Assembly (NCBI GenBank): GCA_040218735.1 | Contig: JAVJQW010000041.1 | Location: 32,001-96,000, forward strand | Direction of reading: 5' to 3' | Length of the DNA stretch: 64,000 nt | Origin: Deltaproteobacteria bacterium | GTDB taxonomy: Bacteria; Myxococcota; Kuafuiibacteriia; Kuafuiibacteriales; Kuafuiibacteriaceae | In this document: piece by piece, positions 54,448 through 64,000 of the stretch | Layout: every line of letters begins with the position of its first letter | Position numbering within the stretch: position 1 is the stretch's first letter | The notes under the pieces: model-generated | The model's database searches: none | What the model was told of the DNA's origin: nothing | What the model saw: the letters and a program-made list of their open reading frames with translations, nothing else | Program-made: the position numbers and the translations under genes

Positions 54448-55901
54448 GGCGCGCGGTCCTCGCGATGACGGCGACGCTGAGCGGCTGCGCTTGGTTGCAC
54501 CCGGTGGATCACGAGCGCCCCGCGCCGGTGATCGTGCCGGAGCAGTTCTCGGGCGGGACAGCGACGAGCAGCGTCGCCGAGGGCCGGTGGTGGTCGGCGT
54601 TCGGGGACGACGCGTTGGACGACCTGGAGAAGCGGGCGTTTTCGCACAACCTGGATCTGAGGCGGGCGTTCCTGCGGCTGGAGCGGGCGATGGCGGTGTC
54701 CGACGGAGCGAACGCCGCTTGGTGGCCGACGCTCGATGCCTCCGGAAACATCTCGCACTCGCAGCGCGCGTTCCCGACGGGCCGCAACCCGGACGGCTCG
54801 CCGATCTTCGGCATCGTCGAGCAGAACAGCGGTCAGCTTCAGCTCGCCGCGGGCTACGAGCTCGACGTCTTCGGCCGCATCAAGTCTCAGACGAGCGCGG
54901 CCGACTTCGACGTGCTCGCGTCGCGCTACGACGTGGACGCGATGGCGATGTCCATCTCTGCGCAGGTCGCGGAGGCCTGGTACCAGCTCGTCGAGCAGCG
55001 CGCGGTCCTTCAGTTGATCGACGCGCAGGTCGAAGCCAACGACACCTACCTCGAGCTGACGGAAGCGCGCTTCGGCGAGGGCCTCGCGACGGCGCTCGAC
55101 GTCCTGCAGCAGCGCCAGCAGGTCGCGGGCGCCAAGGCGCAGCGTCCGCTCGTACAGGCGCGGATCCAGACGTTGGAAAACCAGCTCGCGGTGCTCCTCG
55201 GCGCGCCTCCGAAACAGGTGGAGCTGGCGGGCCAAGACGCCTTCCCCGAGCTGCCGCCGCTGCCGGGGATCGGGGTCCCCGCGGAGTTGGTGCGTCGGCG
55301 CCCCGACGTGCGCGCCGCGGAAGCGCGCGTGGTCGCGGCCGACTACCGGGTGGGCGCCGCGATCGCCGCGCGGTTCCCTGCGTTGCGCCTGGATGGCTCC
55401 TTGGGTCTGCAGATCTTCAGCATTGCGACCTTCTTCGACGGCATCATCCGTAGCCTCACCGCCTCCCTCCTCGCCCCCATCTTCGACGGCGGTCGCCGCG
55501 CCGCCGACGTCGACGCCGCGGAGGCCACGCTCGAGGACGCCGTCACCGCCTACGGGCAGACCGTGCTCGTCGCGTTCCAGGAGGTTGAGGACGCGCTCGC
55601 GCGCGAGAAGCGGCAGCGCGAGTACCTCGTCGAGATCGACCGTCAGGCCGACGCCGCGAAGAAGACGCTCGACGAGGCGCTCAACCGCTACCTCGCCGGG
55701 CTCACCGAGTACCTCCAGGTGCTGACCGCGCTGCGGCAGTTCCAGCAAGTGGAGCAGCAGCAGCTCTCCGCGCAGCGTCAACTCATCTCGTACCGCATCC
55801 AGCTCTGCCGTTCGCTCGGCGGGAGCTGGATGCGAGAGCTCGAGCGGCCGGAGCTCCTCTCCGCCGCCGATGAATCCACTGAAACGAAGGCCAAGCCATG
55901 A
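54444..55901 (+). CDS. RND outer-membrane factor lipoprotein (NodT/OprM family)
   Basis: Lipobox LSGC, WWSAFGD, YELDVFG, RRPDVRAAE, APIFDGG and AFQEVEDAL. Confidence 0.9.
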   Translation: MRRAVLAMTATLSGCAWLHPVDHERPAPVIVPEQFSGGTATSSVAEGRWWSAFGDDALDDLEKRAFSHNLDLRRAFLRLERAMAVSDGANAAWWPTLDASGNISHSQRAFPTGRNPDGSPIFGIVEQNSGQLQLAAGYELDVFGRIKSQTSAADFDVLASRYDVDAMAMSISAQVAEAWYQLVEQRAVLQLIDAQVEANDTYLELTEARFGEGLATALDVLQQRQQVAGAKAQRPLVQARIQTLENQLAVLLGAPPKQVELAGQDAFPELPPLPGIGVPAELVRRRPDVRAAEARVVAADYRVGAAIAARFPALRLDGSLGLQIFSIATFFDGIIRSLTASLLAPIFDGGRRAADVDAAEATLEDAVTAYGQTVLVAFQEVEDALAREKRQREYLVEIDRQADAAKKTLDEALNRYLAGLTEYLQVLTALRQFQQVEQQQLSAQRQLISYRIQLCRSLGGSWMRELERPELLSAADESTETKAKP

Positions 55902-57137
55902 GCAGCTCCTCGTCGACCCCCGTCTACGCCCCCCATCGCGGTGATCCTCTTCGCCCTCGGAGCGGCCTTCGTGCTCGTGAAGACGTCGTCGCGTCCGCAG
56001 CGCACGAAGCGCCCACCCAAGCCCGCGCTGGTCGAGGTCATCGACGTCGTGGTGAAGGATCGCGCCACCACCGTCTCGGCGATGGGGACGATCGTGCCCG
56101 CCCAGATGATCCAGCTGCGCCCCGAAGTGCAGGGCCGCGTCGTTCGCCACGCCGACGCGCTCGTGCCCGGCGGCGTCGTGAAGAAGGGCGACACGCTGGT
56201 GCGCATCGACGCGCGCGAGTACCAGCTCGCACTCGACCAGGCGCGCTCCGCGGTGCTGCAGAATGAGACGCAGCTGAAGCTCGAGGAGGGGCGCCGCGAG
56301 GTCGCGTCGCGCGAGTGGAAGCTCGTGGGTGACCCGTCGAAGTCGACCGAGACGGGCCGCTCGCTCGCGCTCCGCGAGCCGCAGCTCGCGTCGGCGAAGG
56401 CGGCGGTGGCCTCCGCGAAGTCCTCGGTCGAACGCGCGCAGCTCAACGTGGACCGCACGACGGTGCGGGCGCCCTTCAACGCGATGGTGAAGGAGGAGGC
56501 CGTGGAGGTCGGGCAGCTCGTCGGGCCGACGACCAACCTCGCGACGCTCGTCGGGACCGATACGTTCTGGGTGCAGGTGTCCGTGCCGGTCGCGGAGCTT
56601 CGGTGGATCGAAGTCCCGGGCGTCGGTGGCGGTGAGGGCGCACGTGCGTCGATCGTGCAGGAGGTCGGCAAGACGCCGGTCGAACGGGAAGGGCGTGTCA
56701 TTCGCCTGCTCGGCGAGCTGGATCCCAAGGGCCGCATGGCGCGCCTCCTCGTGGAGGTGAAGGATCCGCTCGGCCTCGAGACCAAGGACGAAGAGAGCCT
56801 CCCGCTCCTCCTCGGCGCCTACGTTCGCGTCGACATCGAGGGGCGCACGCTGCCGCGCGTCGCCGAGCTCCCGCGCCGCGCGCTGCGCGACGGAAACGCG
56901 GTGTGGATCGCCGCGCCCGACGACACGCTGCGGATCCAGGACGTCCACGTGTCCTGGCGCGGCCGTGACGTCGTGTTCATCGACCGAGGTTTGAACGCAA
57001 ACGATCGTGTCATCGCCTCGCGCCTCGCGACGCCGATCGTCGGCATGGCGATTCGCACCTCGGACTCGGAAGACAAGGCGGCGCCACCGACCGCGGCGCG
57101 GCCCGCGAAGAAACCAGCCCACGAGGCGACGCCATGA
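55898..57137 (+). CDS. RND membrane fusion protein with apparent frameshift near the 5' end
   Basis: MFP body in frame 55941..57137 (PEVQGRV, VKKGDTLVRID, VRAPFNA). The coupled ATG at 55898 is out of frame by one base across C5/C6 runs. Confidence 0.75.
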
Positions 57138-60100
57138 AGCCGCGCCTCCCCATGAAGGGCGCCGTCGCCTGGATGGCCGAGAACCCCGTCGCCTCCAACC
57201 TGCTGATGGCGGTGCTGCTCATTGGCGGCGTGATCGTCGGGCTCCAGGTGAAGCAGGAGATCTTCCCCGAGTTCGAGATGGACATCGTCCAGATCGGCGT
57301 CCCGTACCCCGGCGCGAGCCCGTCGGAGGTCGAGCAGGGCATCGTCCTCGCGATCGAGGAGGAGATCCGCGCGCTCGACGGCGTGAAGCGGGTGACGTCG
57401 TCCGCCAACGAAAACGCCGCGGGGGTCACCGTCGAGCTCGAGCTCGGTACCGATCCCAACAAGGCGCTGCAGGACGTGAAGAGCGCGGTGGATCGCATCA
57501 CGTCGTTCCCCGACGAGATCGAACGCCCCGTGGTGAGCCTCCTGACGAACCGGCGCGGGGTGATCTCCCTCGTCATCTACGGCGATCAATCCGAGGAGGT
57601 CCTCCGCCAGCTCGCCGACCGCGCGCGCGACGAGCTGCTCCTCGACCCGAGCATCACGTACGTCGAGCTCGACGGCGTTCGTCCGCGCGAGATCAGCGTC
57701 GACGTCCCGCAAGGTAACTTGCGGCGCTACGACGTCACGTTGGAGCAGGTCGCGCAGGCCATCTCGCGGAGCGCGCGGGAGCTCCCTGGCGGTGGCGTCA
57801 AGACGGCGGGCGGCGAGATCCTCGTCCGGACCGCGGAGCGTCGCGATCGCGGGCAGGAGTTCGAGGACATCCCGGTGCTCACCGCTTCGGACGGCTCGGT
57901 CGTCACGGTCGGGGACCTCGGTATCGTGACCGACGGCTTCGAAGACACCGACCAGAGCGCCACGTTCAACGGCAAACCCGCCGTGATGATCAACGTCTAC
58001 CGCAGCGGCGACCAGACGCCGATCGAAGTCGCCGACGCCGTGTTCGGCTACCGTGCGCGCGCCGAGCCGCTCCTCCCGCCGGGGCTCGCGATGGACACCC
58101 TCAACGATCGCTCCGAGATGTATCGCGAGCGCATGGATCTACTCCTGCGCAACGCGCAGCTCGGGCTGGTCCTGGTGCTGATCGTCCTCGGGCTGTTCCT
58201 CAACCTGCGCCTCGCGTTCTGGGTGACGATGGGCATCCCGATCTCGTTCCTCGGATCGCTCATCCTCCTCCCGGCGATGGACGTGTCCATCAACATGATC
58301 TCGCTGTTTGCGTTCATCATCACGCTCGGCGTCGTCGTCGATGACGCGATCGTCGTCGGCGAGAACATCTTCGAGATGCGCGAGCAAGGCATCGCGCGGG
58401 GCAAGGCCGCGGTGATCGGCGCCAAGCAGATCTCCGTCCCAGTCGTCTTCTCCGTCCTCACCACGATCGTCGCGTTCACGCCGCTGTTCATGGTCCCCGG
58501 CGTCTCCGGGAAGTTCTTCCGCGTCATCCCGTCGATCGTCGTGTGTGTCCTCGCGATCTCCCTCGTCGAGTCGCTGTTCATCCTCCCGGCGCACCTCGGG
58601 CACCGCGGACGCCTCGGCAAGATCCTGCGTCGGTTCTTCATCGACCCGTTCCTCCCCGCGCACAAACGCAGCCAAGACGAGCTGTGGGCGGAGCGCGAGC
58701 TGACGCCCGAGGAGGAAGAGGCCGCGAAGCCCGGCTGGGTGAAGTTCCTCGAGCGCCCTCAGCACAAGTTCTCAGCGCTCCTCAAACGGTTCATCGAGCA
58801 CCGCTACGCGCCGGCCGCGCGGGCGGCGGTCGAGCACCGAGGGCTCACGATCGCCACCGCCGTCGGCGTCCTGATCATCACGTTCGGCTTCCTCGCGAGC
58901 GGCCGCCTGAACTTCACGTTCATGCCGAAGGTCGACTCCGACGTCATCACCGCGAAGGCCGCGCTCCCGTTCGGGGTGAACGTCGAGGAGACGGAGGTCG
59001 TGAACCGAAGGCTGCTCGACGCCGCGCGCGACATCATCGAACGCAACGGCGGCGACGCGATCGTCCGCGGCGTCTACGCGCAGGTCGGGTCGGTCCTCAG
59101 CGGCGGCGGCGGGCCCGGACCGGCGCGCGGAGGCGGCGCCGGGAGCCACTACGCCAACGTGCAGGTCTTCCTGGTCCCGAGCGACCAACGCGACATCTCC
59201 GCCGCGGACTTCGCGCGCCTGTGGCGCGACGACGTCTCGGACCTCGTCGGGCTCGACTCCCTCAGCTTCGATTACAGCACCGGACCCGGCGCCGGAGCGT
59301 CGCTGGAGGTCGAGCTGAGCCACACGCAGATCGAGGTCTTGGAGGACGCAGCGGCGCAGCTCGCCGGCTACCTCGGCAGCTATGACGGCGTGCGCGACAT
59401 CGACGACGGCTTCTCCGCCGGTAAACCGCAGCTCGACTTCAAGCTCACGCCGGAGGGCGAGAGCCTCGGCCTCACCGCGACGGAGGTCGGCCGCCAAGTG
59501 CGCAGCGCCTTCTTCGGCGCGGAGGCGCTCCGCCAACAGCGCGGGCGCGACGAGATTCGCGTCATGGTTCGTCGCCCGGAGTCCGAGCGCGAGAGTGAGT
59601 ACGACATCGAGAACCTGATGATCCGCACGCCCGCCGGTGGAGAGATTCCGCTGTACGTCGCGGCCGACGTCGTGCGCGGCAGCTCGTACACCACGATCAA
59701 ACGCGCCGACGGTCGACGGGTCGTCACGGTGTCGGCCGACACCGTGCGCGGCGTGGCCAACGCCGACAAGATCCTCGCCGCGCTGCGTTCCGACGTGTTG
59801 CCGGATCTCGTCGCATCGTTCCCCGGGCTCGAGTATTCGTTCGAGGGGCAGCGTCGTCGCAGCGACGAGTCACTCGCGAGTCTGAAGTCGGGTTTCAAGC
59901 TCGTGCTGTTCGTGATCTTCGCGCTGCTCGCGATCCCGTTCCGGAGTTACATCCAGCCGGTGGTCGTGATGTCGGCGATTCCGTTCGGGCTCGTGGGGGC
60001 CGTCGCCGGCCACGTGATCATGGGCTACGACCTCAGCCTGATCAGCATCATGGGGTTGGTCGCGGTCTCCGGGATCGTGGTCAACGACTCCCTGGTGCTG

Positions 60101-60427
60101 GTGCACGCGGCGAACGCGTTCCGCGACGCGGGCGAGACGCCGTTCGAGGCCATCCTGCTCGCCGGGCAGCGTCGCTTCCGTCCCATTTTGCTCACTTCGC
60201 TGACTACGTTCTTCGGGCTTGCGCCGATGATCTTCGAGCCTTCGGTTCAGGCGCGTTTCCTCATCCCGATGGCCATCAGCCTCGGGTTCGGCGTGCTGTT
60301 CGCTACGCTCGTGATCCTGCTGCTCGTGCCGAGCCTGTACATGGTCATCGAGGACCTGAAAGGTCTCGTCGGGGGCGTGGAGGAGGGTGGTCGAACGACC
60401 GAGCCGAAACCGGCGCCTATGCAGTAG
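57134..60427 (+). CDS. RND efflux transporter permease (AcrB/MexW-like)
   Basis: YPGASPSEVE, GVVVDDAIVVGENI, GIVVNDSLVLV and RFRPILLTSLTT. Confidence 0.93.
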   Translation: MKPRLPMKGAVAWMAENPVASNLLMAVLLIGGVIVGLQVKQEIFPEFEMDIVQIGVPYPGASPSEVEQGIVLAIEEEIRALDGVKRVTSSANENAAGVTVELELGTDPNKALQDVKSAVDRITSFPDEIERPVVSLLTNRRGVISLVIYGDQSEEVLRQLADRARDELLLDPSITYVELDGVRPREISVDVPQGNLRRYDVTLEQVAQAISRSARELPGGGVKTAGGEILVRTAERRDRGQEFEDIPVLTASDGSVVTVGDLGIVTDGFEDTDQSATFNGKPAVMINVYRSGDQTPIEVADAVFGYRARAEPLLPPGLAMDTLNDRSEMYRERMDLLLRNAQLGLVLVLIVLGLFLNLRLAFWVTMGIPISFLGSLILLPAMDVSINMISLFAFIITLGVVVDDAIVVGENIFEMREQGIARGKAAVIGAKQISVPVVFSVLTTIVAFTPLFMVPGVSGKFFRVIPSIVVCVLAISLVESLFILPAHLGHRGRLGKILRRFFIDPFLPAHKRSQDELWAERELTPEEEEAAKPGWVKFLERPQHKFSALLKRFIEHRYAPAARAAVEHRGLTIATAVGVLIITFGFLASGRLNFTFMPKVDSDVITAKAALPFGVNVEETEVVNRRLLDAARDIIERNGGDAIVRGVYAQVGSVLSGGGGPGPARGGGAGSHYANVQVFLVPSDQRDISAADFARLWRDDVSDLVGLDSLSFDYSTGPGAGASLEVELSHTQIEVLEDAAAQLAGYLGSYDGVRDIDDGFSAGKPQLDFKLTPEGESLGLTATEVGRQVRSAFFGAEALRQQRGRDEIRVMVRRPESERESEYDIENLMIRTPAGGEIPLYVAADVVRGSSYTTIKRADGRRVVTVSADTVRGVANADKILAALRSDVLPDLVASFPGLEYSFEGQRRRSDESLASLKSGFKLVLFVIFALLAIPFRSYIQPVVVMSAIPFGLVGAVAGHVIMGYDLSLISIMGLVAVSGIVVNDSLVLVHAANAFRDAGETPFEAILLAGQRRFRPILLTSLTTFFGLAPMIFEPSVQARFLIPMAISLGFGVLFATLVILLLVPSLYMVIEDLKGLVGGVEEGGRTTEPKPAPMQ

Positions 60428-60437
60428 AGTCAGCCGT

Positions 60438-61607
60438 ATGCGCGCCCTCCGTCTCGCCGCCCCGTTCCTCCTGCTCGTCGGCTGCGGACGCGCGCAGGTC
60501 GACATGCTCGAGCAGCTCGGCAGCTCGGCCGACACCGGCGTCAACCAGGGCCCGCGGGACGGCGGCTCGATCATCACGCCGCGCGACGGTGGTCCGATCA
60601 CGCCGCCGCGGGACAGCGGTGTCGTGACGCCGCCCCCTCCGCGGGACGGTGGGATCGTGATGCCCCCGCCACGTGATGCGGGGACGGCGATGTGCAACGT
60701 CGACAGCGATTGTTTCCGCGACCTCGGTCGGCCGATCTGCCCGCAGGGGCAGCGCGGTGATTGGGACTGTGTGTTCGGTTCGTGTCAGCTGGTCTGCCCT
60801 CCGCCTCCGGAGTGTTTCAACGACTGCGATTGTCCCTTCGAGCTCGCGTGCGCGGCGGGGCAGTGCATGCCGCTCAGCCGCAACAACCAGTGCTGCTTCG
60901 CGCCGTTCTGCCCACCGGGTGACACCTGCCAGCTCCCGGGCGGCGGCACGAGTGTGTGCCCGTCGCCGCCGGACGGTGGCGTGCGCGACGGTGGGATCTG
61001 GGACGGCGGTGGTCCGCCGCCGCCGCCGGACGCGGGTGTCGTGACGCCGGTCGGCGACGCTTGCATGAGCGCCGGGTCGTGCGGTCCGCTGGGGTTCTGC
61101 ATCGAGGACAGCAGCGGCTTCCCCGATGGTTACTGCACGCAGAACTGCGGACCGCAGGGCGCGATGTGCCCGGCCGGTTCGGACTGCCGTGACTTCGGAC
61201 CGCGACAGGACCTGTGCCTGGACACCTGCACGACGACGGCCGAGTGCCGCATGGGTTACGGCTGCATTCAGCTCGGCATCGATCCGCAGAAGGTCTGCTG
61301 GCCGGTGAGCTCGGGTTCGACGAACCCGAACGGAGACCCCGTCGGCTCCGCGTGCACGAACGACCAAGCCTGCGCGGCGGGGCTCACGTGCCTGCAGTTC
61401 CAGGGGTGGCCAGGTGGCTACTGCACGAAGCAGTACTGCGATGCGATGAACAACCCGTGCCCGTCGAGCTCGCAGTGTTACGCGTTCCCGGGGATGTTCT
61501 CGCTGTGTCTCGCGGAGTGCCCGAACGGCGGCTCGCAGTCGACGTGTCGCAACGACTACTACTGCTTCGGCGCGATGGGCTCGCCGGGCGCCTGCATCCC
61601 GGACTGA
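60438..61607 (+). CDS. Cys-rich myxobacterial-type lipoprotein
   Basis: Lipobox VGC, PRDGG/TPP repeats, and two VGxAC...(F/W)PxGYCT modules. Confidence 0.7.
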   Translation: MRALRLAAPFLLLVGCGRAQVDMLEQLGSSADTGVNQGPRDGGSIITPRDGGPITPPRDSGVVTPPPPRDGGIVMPPPRDAGTAMCNVDSDCFRDLGRPICPQGQRGDWDCVFGSCQLVCPPPPECFNDCDCPFELACAAGQCMPLSRNNQCCFAPFCPPGDTCQLPGGGTSVCPSPPDGGVRDGGIWDGGGPPPPPDAGVVTPVGDACMSAGSCGPLGFCIEDSSGFPDGYCTQNCGPQGAMCPAGSDCRDFGPRQDLCLDTCTTTAECRMGYGCIQLGIDPQKVCWPVSSGSTNPNGDPVGSACTNDQACAAGLTCLQFQGWPGGYCTKQYCDAMNNPCPSSSQCYAFPGMFSLCLAECPNGGSQSTCRNDYYCFGAMGSPGACIPD

Positions 61608-63022
61608 CTCGCCTCGACGGCCGCCGCGGTCGCGAGGAGGCCGGCTTCGTCGAACCACTTGCCGATGAGCTGCAAGCCGATCGGGAGGCCGTCGCGGTCA
61701 CCCACCGGGACGCTCACGCCAGGGAGCCCGGCGAGGTTCACCGAGAGCGTATAGACGTCGGACAGGTACATCTCGAGTGGGTTGCGGGTCTTGGCGCCGA
61801 TCTCGAACGCGACCTGCGGCGTGGTGGGCGTGGCGATGACGTCGACGTCATCGAAGGCGCGTTCGAAGTCTCGCCGGATGAGCGTTCGGACCTTCTGCGC
61901 GCGCAGGTAGTACGCGTCGTAGTATCCGGCGCTGAGGACGTAGGTGCCGAGGATGATGCGGCGCTGGACTTCGCGTCCGAAGCCCTCGCCGCGCGACCTC
62001 TCGTAGTGTTCGATGAGGTCCTTCGCGTCGGCGTGGTGTCCGTAGCGTAGCCCGTCGTAGCGCGCGAGGTTCGAAGAGGCCTCCGCGGTACACAGAATAT
62101 AATACGTCGACAGCGCGTACTTCGTGTGGGGGAGGTCGACGGGCTGCACGGTGGCGCCGCGGGCTTCGAGGTTTCGAATGCCTTCGCGCACCGCGGCGTC
62201 GATCTCGGGGGCGAGGCCTTCGGTGAAGAACGCCTCCGGGACACCAACGCGCAGGCCTTCGACGCCGCGGTCGAGCGCGGCGGAGGTGTTGGGCGCCGGG
62301 TCGCGGCGGGAGGTCATGTCTTCGGGGTCGTGTCCGGCGATGACGTCGAAGAGCGCCGCGACGTCGCGCACGGAGCGGCCCATCGGGCCGACCTGATCCA
62401 GTGACGACGCAAACGCCACGACGCCACGTCGAGACACCCGGCCGTACGTTGGTTTGAGCCCGACGATGCCGCACATCGCGGCGGGCTGCCGGATGGATCC
62501 ACCGGTGTCGGTGCCGAGCGCGCCGTACACTTGGTGGGCGGCGACGGCGGCGGCGCTGCCGCCAGAGGATCCGCCGGGGACACGCGTCGGATCGCGCGGG
62601 TTCTTCACGGCGCCGTACGCGGAGTGTTCGTTGGACGAACCCATCGCGAACTCGTCGAGGTTGGTCTTGCCGACGATGACGGCGCCCGCGGCGCGGAGTC
62701 GTTTCGTCACGGTCGCGTCGTACGGCGGCACCCAGTCGGCGAGCATCTTGGAGCCGGCGGTGGTGCGGAGGCCTTCGGTGGCGATGAGATCCTTGAGCGC
62801 GATCGGGACGCCGTCGATCGCCGAGAGGGGGCGTCCCTCTGCGAAGCGTTGGTCGGCGGCCTCGGCGGCGGCGCGTGGATCGTCGACGGTGATGAAGGCG
62901 TTGAGATCCTCGGTCGCGCGGATACGTGCGAGGCAAAGATCGAGGAGGGCCGACGGGGTCGTGTGACCTTCGCGGAGGCGCTCGGCGACGGACGTCCCGT
63001 CTAGTTCGAGGACCGGATCCAT
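61559..63022 (-). CDS. gatA: Asp/Glu-tRNA amidotransferase subunit A
   Basis: [44 protein letters not shown] and [16 protein letters not shown]. Lies downstream of gatC. Confidence 0.93.
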   Translation of the reverse strand: MDPVLELDGTSVAERLREGHTTPSALLDLCLARIRATEDLNAFITVDDPRAAAEAADQRFAEGRPLSAIDGVPIALKDLIATEGLRTTAGSKMLADWVPPYDATVTKRLRAAGAVIVGKTNLDEFAMGSSNEHSAYGAVKNPRDPTRVPGGSSGGSAAAVAAHQVYGALGTDTGGSIRQPAAMCGIVGLKPTYGRVSRRGVVAFASSLDQVGPMGRSVRDVAALFDVIAGHDPEDMTSRRDPAPNTSAALDRGVEGLRVGVPEAFFTEGLAPEIDAAVREGIRNLEARGATVQPVDLPHTKYALSTYYILCTAEASSNLARYDGLRYGHHADAKDLIEHYERSRGEGFGREVQRRIILGTYVLSAGYYDAYYLRAQKVRTLIRRDFERAFDDVDVIATPTTPQVAFEIGAKTRNPLEMYLSDVYTLSVNLAGLPGVSVPVGDRDGLPIGLQLIGKWFDEAGLLATAAAVEASQSGMQAPGEPIAPKQ

Positions 63023-63023
63023 C

Positions 63024-63311
63024 TCAGTCCAGGACACGCGGCACGACGACCGCGTCGGCGGCGCGACGCGGGACGCCGTCGAGGAGTCGGGCGCCGTCGC
63101 GCGCTTCGGTCGCGCGGTCCTCGCGGCCTTGGGGCGCGAGATCGACGCCGTGTGCGGTGGGCTCGATACCCTCGACGTCGACGGACTGCAGCTGCTCGAC
63201 GTGTTCGAGGATACGCCCGATGTCGTCCGTGAGGGGCAGGAGTGATTCGTCGGACAGCTCGAGGCGCGCGAGTTTGGCGATGCGTCGGACCTCTTCGACT
63301 TCGATGGCCAT
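63024..63311 (-). CDS. gatC: Asp/Glu-tRNA amidotransferase subunit C
   Basis: [22 protein letters not shown] and VVPRV. Confidence 0.9.
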   Translation of the reverse strand: MAIEVEEVRRIAKLARLELSDESLLPLTDDIGRILEHVEQLQSVDVEGIEPTAHGVDLAPQGREDRATEARDGARLLDGVPRRAADAVVVPRVLD

Positions 63312-63391
63312 GACTCGTGGCGGTACCACAGGATGGTGCTGGGTGGCAGTTGCCTTGACGCGACGGCGTATTCCTAAGAGATGGTGGACGC

Positions 63392-64000
63392 GTGGAAGTC
63401 ATCATCGACCGCCTGGCCCACGACCTGAGGGCGCCGCTACGGTCCGTCGCCGCGGCCGCCGCCTGGATCGTCGAGGACCTCGGTCGAGACCCGCCCCCGG
63501 ACCTGAAGAACAGCGTCGACATCCTCGACAACAGCGTCCGTCGAATGGAGCGAATGCTCGACGCGTTGCTGACGATCGCGCGCGCCGGCCAGCCCGAGCC
63601 CGGTGATGCCTTCGGCGCGGCGGAGGCCATCGGCGAGGTCGAGATCCACGGCCTCACGATCGACGTCGAAGGCGACGCGCGCCTGACCGGCGACCGCGTC
63701 GCGTTCGTCGCCACCGCCCGCGAGCTCCTCGACAACGCCCACCGCCACAGCAAGCGCGACGCAACGCGCGCCACCGTCACCATCGCGGGCACCGAGGGCA
63801 CCGCGACGATCACGATCGCCGACGACGGCGAAGCGATGACCGACTACGTCCGCAGCAACGCGATGCACCTCTTCTACAGCCGCTACGGCGCCTCCAACGC
63901 CAAACACGTCGGCTGCGGCCTCCCGATCGCCACCGCCCACGCCGAAGCCCACGGCGGCACCGTGGAGCTCGGCCCCGAGCGAAGCGAAGGCAACGAGGTC
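63392..64000 (+). CDS. Histidine kinase (HisKA plus HATPase) without input domain, 3'-partial
   Basis: Hand translation from GTG 63392: MEVIIDRLAHDLRAPL...ELLDNA...IADDG...GCGL. It is absent from the ORF track because it runs off the window. Confidence 0.8.
   Translation, partial: MEVIIDRLAHDLRAPLRSVAAAAAWIVEDLGRDPPPDLKNSVDILDNSVRRMERMLDALLTIARAGQPEPGDAFGAAEAIGEVEIHGLTIDVEGDARLTGDRVAFVATARELLDNAHRHSKRDATRATVTIAGTEGTATITIADDGEAMTDYVRSNAMHLFYSRYGASNAKHVGCGLPIATAHAEAHGGTVELGPERSEGNEV

Overview
High-GC bacterial chromosomal DNA, probably Myxococcota-like. That placement is inferred from Cys-rich lipoproteins with DGG/DAG linkers, a glycine-zipper membrane protein and a myxobacterial-type RAYT. 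No rRNA, tRNA or CRISPR array was seen. From left to right the window holds: (1) a giant HEAT plus glycine-zipper membrane protein; (2) tandem repeats and a Y1/RAYT transposase; (3) small metabolic genes (M20 amidohydrolase, RibD-like reductase, folB, sirtuin, DUF3524 glycosyltransferase); (4) a tightly coupled nine-gene, ~24 kb operon at 14646-38654, the standout; (5) a sigma54 two-component system facing an ABC/TolC exporter; (6) lipoproteins, an SSS symporter and a TetR-RND efflux operon whose adaptor gene has an apparent frameshift; (7) gatCA and a sensor-less histidine kinase. The operon encodes a 4107-aa midasin/dynein-like protein (six tandem AAA+ modules with only AAA3 and AAA4 catalytically intact, a long helical linker and two vWA/MIDAS domains), a DcrB/DUF1795-like protein, a divergent ClpB-like unfoldase, a Kelch protein, two paralogous inactive Clp-D2-like proteins, two small unknowns and a PflX-like radical SAM enzyme. 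All calls are from motif reading by eye. No database searches were run.
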